A stretch of DNA of 63,516 bases, counting the filler, from Olpidium bornovanus S191 (Eukaryota > Fungi > Olpidiomycota): the NCBI GenBank assembly GCA_017911155.1. It is 25 parts of 25 records of this genome, joined end to end, with 100 filler letters (N's around TTAATTAATTAA, not from the genome) between each part and the next. Parts side by side here need not be neighbours in the genome. Positions count along the whole stretch, not along the records: positions 58,959 to 61,452 come from JAEFCI010003776.1; positions 61,553 to 63,516 come from JAEFCI010008105.1; 23 more parts are not named here. One strand, written 5' to 3'. The translations under genes and the position numbers were made by a program. Of this stretch, positions 60,852 through 63,516 are shown in pieces. Each line of letters begins with the position of its first letter. The first letter of the stretch is position 1. The notes beneath the pieces are model-generated. The model was not told the DNA's origin and did not search any database. It worked only from the letters and a program-made list of their open reading frames with translations.

Positions 60852-61552
60852 GCTCCGTCACCCCTTGTGCCCGGCGCACACTTCCGGCAGTGCTTGACGG
60901 GTAAGCGCATGCTGGCAACCCGACATGGGAGTATCCCCAAATGCTGACCGTGCTGAAGATGAACGACGTCCTGAATCGTGATACGGCCGATCAAGAGTGG
61001 CAAACAAGGTGCCAGTTGTTTGAGCCCGAATCTGCAAGAAGTCGATCCACAGGGACCCGATGAAAACGGTAAGTCTGTCAGGCTTCCCGCATCTCATGAA
61101 CGAGGGAACCAAACACGAGCTCGCCGTTGTCACTGAACGCGTGCGCGAATTCAAAGTGGTACCTTGTGAGTCCTTGTTCCTGGAAGACATTGAACTCTCG
61201 GGAATCTCCGCACCCAGGGAAGAGTATTACGGGGCCCTCCGGCCTGTATCTAATTGCTCCTGTCTCGGCGATTATAAAGGTTTCTCGAAATACACAATTG
61301 TACTTAGATTTACACTTCGTTAGAATTGCTATTGATAACGGGTTTAGTATACACGTTAATTGGCTCACAGTGCATTGTACTATTTAAAATTCAACCGAAG
61401 ATTAATCTTCTCCATAGATCGATGTTGATTCTCGTAAAATTCCATCCATGTANNNNNNNNNNNNNNNNNNNNNNNNNNNNNNNNNNNNNNNNNNNNTTAA
61501 TTAATTAANNNNNNNNNNNNNNNNNNNNNNNNNNNNNNNNNNNNNNNNNNNN

Positions 61553-63384
61553 CATGCTATTCCCGGCGGGCGGCCACGCGCGGCCCGAACCCGGCGGCAA
61601 GCGTAAGACGCGGTGAACGGATTGCTGCCGCTAACTTCCGCAGCGGAAGCAGGCACGCCGCCGACTAGCAAAAAAATGGGGCTTACCTGATCAGGGAGTT
61701 AACGCACCCAAAGCTGACGCTGATGCCCCAGAGGCGGGGGGCCTCCACTATCCTTTCGCTGAAACTCACATCGCCCGTGACGAAGCTCAGTACCGCCCCA
61801 GGCCCGCGGCTCATGCGATAATGGAGCTCCCGCTGCGGATGGCTGGGCAGGCCCGGGTAGAACACCCGGAATCCGCGCATCTCCAGGTACTGTGCTATGC
61901 GCATTGCGTTCGCCTGGGCGGCCGCGGCAGGACCCGGTGAGCCGGGGTGAGACACGGGTTCCTGCTACCCCGCCACCTGCGATCCCGTTTGCCGCGCAGT
62001 GTAAATTATGTTTAATTGACCGCTCCAATTCCCTCACCTGTTGCCTCTCGAGCCGCACGGCCAAAGTTTTGATTCCTCGCAGAAGCAGCCAAGAATCGAA
62101 CGGGGAGAGTCCACAGCCGGTCGAGTTGATGACGAAGTATATTCTCTGGAACAGGCAACAAAACGGCGCACTCAGCATTCACACTCCAACGGCCGCGCGG
62201 TTCTCAATTTCACACTTCAAAAAATCCGAACCCTCCGCGAGCAAGCGCAAGGCGCACCCAACGGGGCCTGTCTCGCGTTCCATAAACGCATCGCATCCGT
62301 CGTCTGGCCCCTGTTTCCGTCCCCCCGCGTACCGGCAAGGGTCCCTCACCTCCGCCAGCTCCGCGGACCGCACGCCAATCACCCCAGCCATGAGGTCGTG
62401 ATGGCCGCTGAGGTACTTCGTCCCCGAGTGGTACACGATGTCGGCGCCGAGCTCCAGCGGCTTCTGAAGGTACGGGCTCATCATCGTGTTGTCGACGACG
62501 ACGAGGGCGCGCTTGCACAGGCGGTGCACGTCAGCGGCAACACGCGGCACGTCGCACACGGTGAGCAGCGGGTTCGTCGGCGTCTCGAGCAGCACCAGCC
62601 TGGTGCGCTGGTTCAGAACGGCCAGCACGGCCTCCGGGTCAGAGGTGTCCACGTGGTGGACCCGCACCCCCGAGTGCGCGGAGAGATACGTCAGCAGGCG
62701 GTGCGTGCCGCCGTAGATGTCGTCGCCCGCCACGATCTCCTCCCCCGCCTTCACCATGCGGGTTATCACGTCCAAGGCGGACATGCCGCTGGCCACCGCG
62801 AACGCCCGGTTGGCCGACATGAGCTTCGCGACGTGGGACTCTGCGCGTGGGTCGACAGGAGCCGCGTTCGGGAAATGAAAAAGTTCAGTAGGGATAAGGA
62901 CGCGGTCGATTCCAAATGGTGGGCCGCACGCCGTCTGCCGTCGTAGCGGAGTTCACGCAGCCCCTTTCCCAGAACGCACGTGCGTCCGGTCAGAGGTCCG
63001 CATTCTTTGTCATTTTGTGGCTAACGGACCTTTTCCATCTTTTTTCGTTTAGTTCGACTTTTTTTTTGGCTCAGCAAGCAGTGTCTTACCGAGATGGGAC
63101 CTTGTGGGGTTACCCGATCGAGAGTAGTCATAATCCCCGCCGCCGTTTGCAGAGATCTGCTTGAAGGTGGCGGTCTGGTATATGGGCACGGACGAGGCGC
63201 CGTACGCGTCGTTGACGGGGTTGCCCGCGCCAGCGCCGGCGTCCGCGGAGCCCGGGGCGGTGTCGACGAAAACGACCTCCGTCGCCGGCCTGTACCGCCG
63301 CTCCGCCGGCTGGCTCATGGCTTTCGTCTGGCTCGCGGGCCCGCCTGCTGCTGCTGCTGCGTGCGTCGGCACGAGCGAGTCCAT
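61553..63384 (-). CDS. STR3: Cystathionine beta-lyase; 3' truncated
   Basis: ASSVPIYQTATFKQ, YDYSRSGNPTR, SGMSALD, DDIYGGTHRLL, ETPTNPLL, HSGTKYLSGHHD (PLP lysine) and WGISVSFGCVNSLI. Confidence 0.93.
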
Positions 63385-63516
63385 CTCAGCCTTCGGGGCC
63401 GGTGAGGGCAAAAGCGAACGAGAGTGAGCTGGGAAGAAAAAAAAAAACCTCTTGCAGGCAAAAAACAAAAAAAAAAAAAAAAAAAAAAAAAAAACCCCAC
63501 TTTCCCCTTCCCCCCC

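Overview
This window is not one locus. It is 25 short contigs (about 1-4.6 kb) from a fragmented eukaryotic assembly, joined by 24 artificial 100-bp spacers (N44-TTAATTAATTAA-N44), so adjacency across spacers means nothing biologically. The DNA is GC-rich and intron-rich with long homopolymer tracts, and the genes look fungal. A DZIP1/Iguana-like ciliary gene suggests a flagellated (zoosporic) early-diverging fungus; an Olpidium- or chytrid-like source is my inference and is unverified. Recognisable, mostly partial, genes: ERG10, IPA1/UBE3D, a DUF4112 protein, GUK1, a synergin-gamma-like protein, a histidine phosphatase, IPK1, one HGD exon, TAF12, MOB4/phocein, pseudouridine-5'-phosphate glycosidase, DZIP1, ARG8, an MFSD1-like transporter and STR3. 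There are several decayed LTR retrotransposon pieces. The most interesting items are: (1) an intronless, divergent HerA/FtsK-like ATPase with degenerate catalytic motifs; (2) LTR elements primed by half-tRNAs, one matching tRNA-Ile(IAU) with the inosine recorded as G; (3) a protein with 15 perfect Trp heptads; (4) an unexplained 140-bp tandem array carrying strong hairpins, next to a gene with duplicated acceptor exons; (5) strong enrichment of CATG at contig ends.
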